Assembly (NCBI GenBank): GCA_963735595.1 | Contig: CAVTLK010000002.1 | Location: 736,001-800,000, forward strand | Source of the DNA: an uncultured delta proteobacterium | GTDB lineage: Bacteria; Desulfobacterota; Zymogenia; Zymogenales; Zymogenaceae | Reading direction: 5' to 3' | DNA: 64,000 nt | In this document: in pieces, positions 63,044 through 64,000 of the stretch | How positions within the stretch are numbered: the first letter of the stretch is position 1 | Layout: each line of letters opens with the position of its first letter | Notes under the pieces: generated by a model | Seen by the model: only the letters and a program-made list of their open reading frames with translations | What the model was told of the DNA's origin: nothing | Databases searched by the model: none | Position numbers and translations under genes: made by a program

Positions 63044-64000
63044 GTGCAAACCATCAGGTTTCTCCCCAACCGGCATGAGATCTCCGTTTCAGGGCAAACG
63101 ACGGTCCTGGAAGCGGCGTTTGGTGCGGGGGTCTTCATTCATGCCCAATGCGGGGGTGCGGGGACCTGCGGCGGATGCGCCGTCAGGGTGTTGGGGCAGG
63201 CGCCGGAGTCGGCCCAATCGCTGGCGGTCCTGGGGCGGCGGCGATACGCGGCGGGCTGGCGCCTGGCCTGCGACACCGAGGTCACCGGAGATATGTCGGT
63301 CGAGGTGCCGAACAGGCACGTCGCCGAATCGGCCCGTCCGCGCGGGGCCGCCCGGCCCGCAGGTGCGCCGGATAATACCGAAGGTCTTACCGATCCACCT
63401 ACCGAGCGGCACCGCGTTACGCTCGTGGCCCCTACCCACGAGGACAACGCCGGCGACCTGACCAGGACCGTCTCCGGGATCAAAAAGGCTGCCGGGGGGC
63501 GGCACGTCGCGGTATCCCTGGAACTGCTCAGGCAAATTCCCGGCCTCGTGCGCGACTATGGCTGGGACGTGGCGGCATATCTGTCGCACCGCGGGCACGA
63601 CATGGAACGGCCGCACCTGGCCGGGATCGGTCGCGGCGGGGCACACGAGCCGATGCTCGCGGTTGCCTGTGACGTTGGTACGACCGGCCTCTGGGCGAGC
63701 CTCCTTGATATCGAGACAGGGCGGGAAATCGGCCGGTCGTCCGTCGTGAATCCCCAAGAAGCCTACGGCGCCGATGTCATTTCCCGGATCGTCTATGCCC
63801 GTACGGAGGAGGGCGGCCGAACACTCCAGCGGATCGTAATCGAATCCCTCGACGGGCTGATCGACGAGCTCGTTGCCGCGGCCGGGGCAGACAGGGCGGC
63901 CGTCGGCCATATCGTTGTGGCAGGCAATACCGTCATGAGCCACCTGCTGCTGGGCCTCCCGACCCGGTACCTCCAGATGGCGCCCTACGTCCCGGCGGCG
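63044..64000 (+). CDS. RACo-type ASKHA-domain protein with N-terminal 2Fe-2S ferredoxin (corrinoid reductive activator family); runs off window end
   Basis: Not in ORF track. GTG 63044: CGGAGTCGGC, RLAC, DVGTT, NPQ.AYGADVISRI, GNTVMSHLLLG. Confidence 0.88.
   Translation, partial: MQTIRFLPNRHEISVSGQTTVLEAAFGAGVFIHAQCGGAGTCGGCAVRVLGQAPESAQSLAVLGRRRYAAGWRLACDTEVTGDMSVEVPNRHVAESARPRGAARPAGAPDNTEGLTDPPTERHRVTLVAPTHEDNAGDLTRTVSGIKKAAGGRHVAVSLELLRQIPGLVRDYGWDVAAYLSHRGHDMERPHLAGIGRGGAHEPMLAVACDVGTTGLWASLLDIETGREIGRSSVVNPQEAYGADVISRIVYARTEEGGRTLQRIVIESLDGLIDELVAAAGADRAAVGHIVVAGNTVMSHLLLGLPTRYLQMAPYVPAA

Overview
GC-rich bacterial chromosomal segment. Gene content (Tat sulfatases with an anaerobic maturase, DUF362/polyferredoxin, RACo-type ASKHA protein, acyl-CoA dehydrogenases, LarA-like, outer-membrane barrels) suggests an anaerobic Gram-negative Desulfobacterota/deltaproteobacterium; this is inference. 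Housekeeping genes: recG, purA, serA plus class V aminotransferase, msrB-msrA, pit/DUF47. No complete rRNA, tRNA, CRISPR array, integrase or transposase was seen. About a dozen genes, including purA and recG, carry single-base frameshifts, most simply read as uncorrected long-read errors. Main finding: a gene missed by the ORF track (19958-20672, minus) appears to encode a two-selenocysteine fusion of a C-GCAxxG-C-C domain (YH-U) and a CPYC glutaredoxin ending GGG-U-A-V-stop, with a SECIS-like hairpin exactly 10 nt after each UGA. Other findings: tandem acyltransferase-hydrolase fusion paralogs that seem to have lost complementary catalytic motifs; a repeated tRNA-3'-end-like plus hairpin element separating accessory genes in the first 7 kb; a consensus CRP-type box and promoter in front of an orphan autotransporter 3' end; two pairs of dispersed paralogs; a double beta-barrel OMP; and a composite REP/RPE-like repeat cluster.
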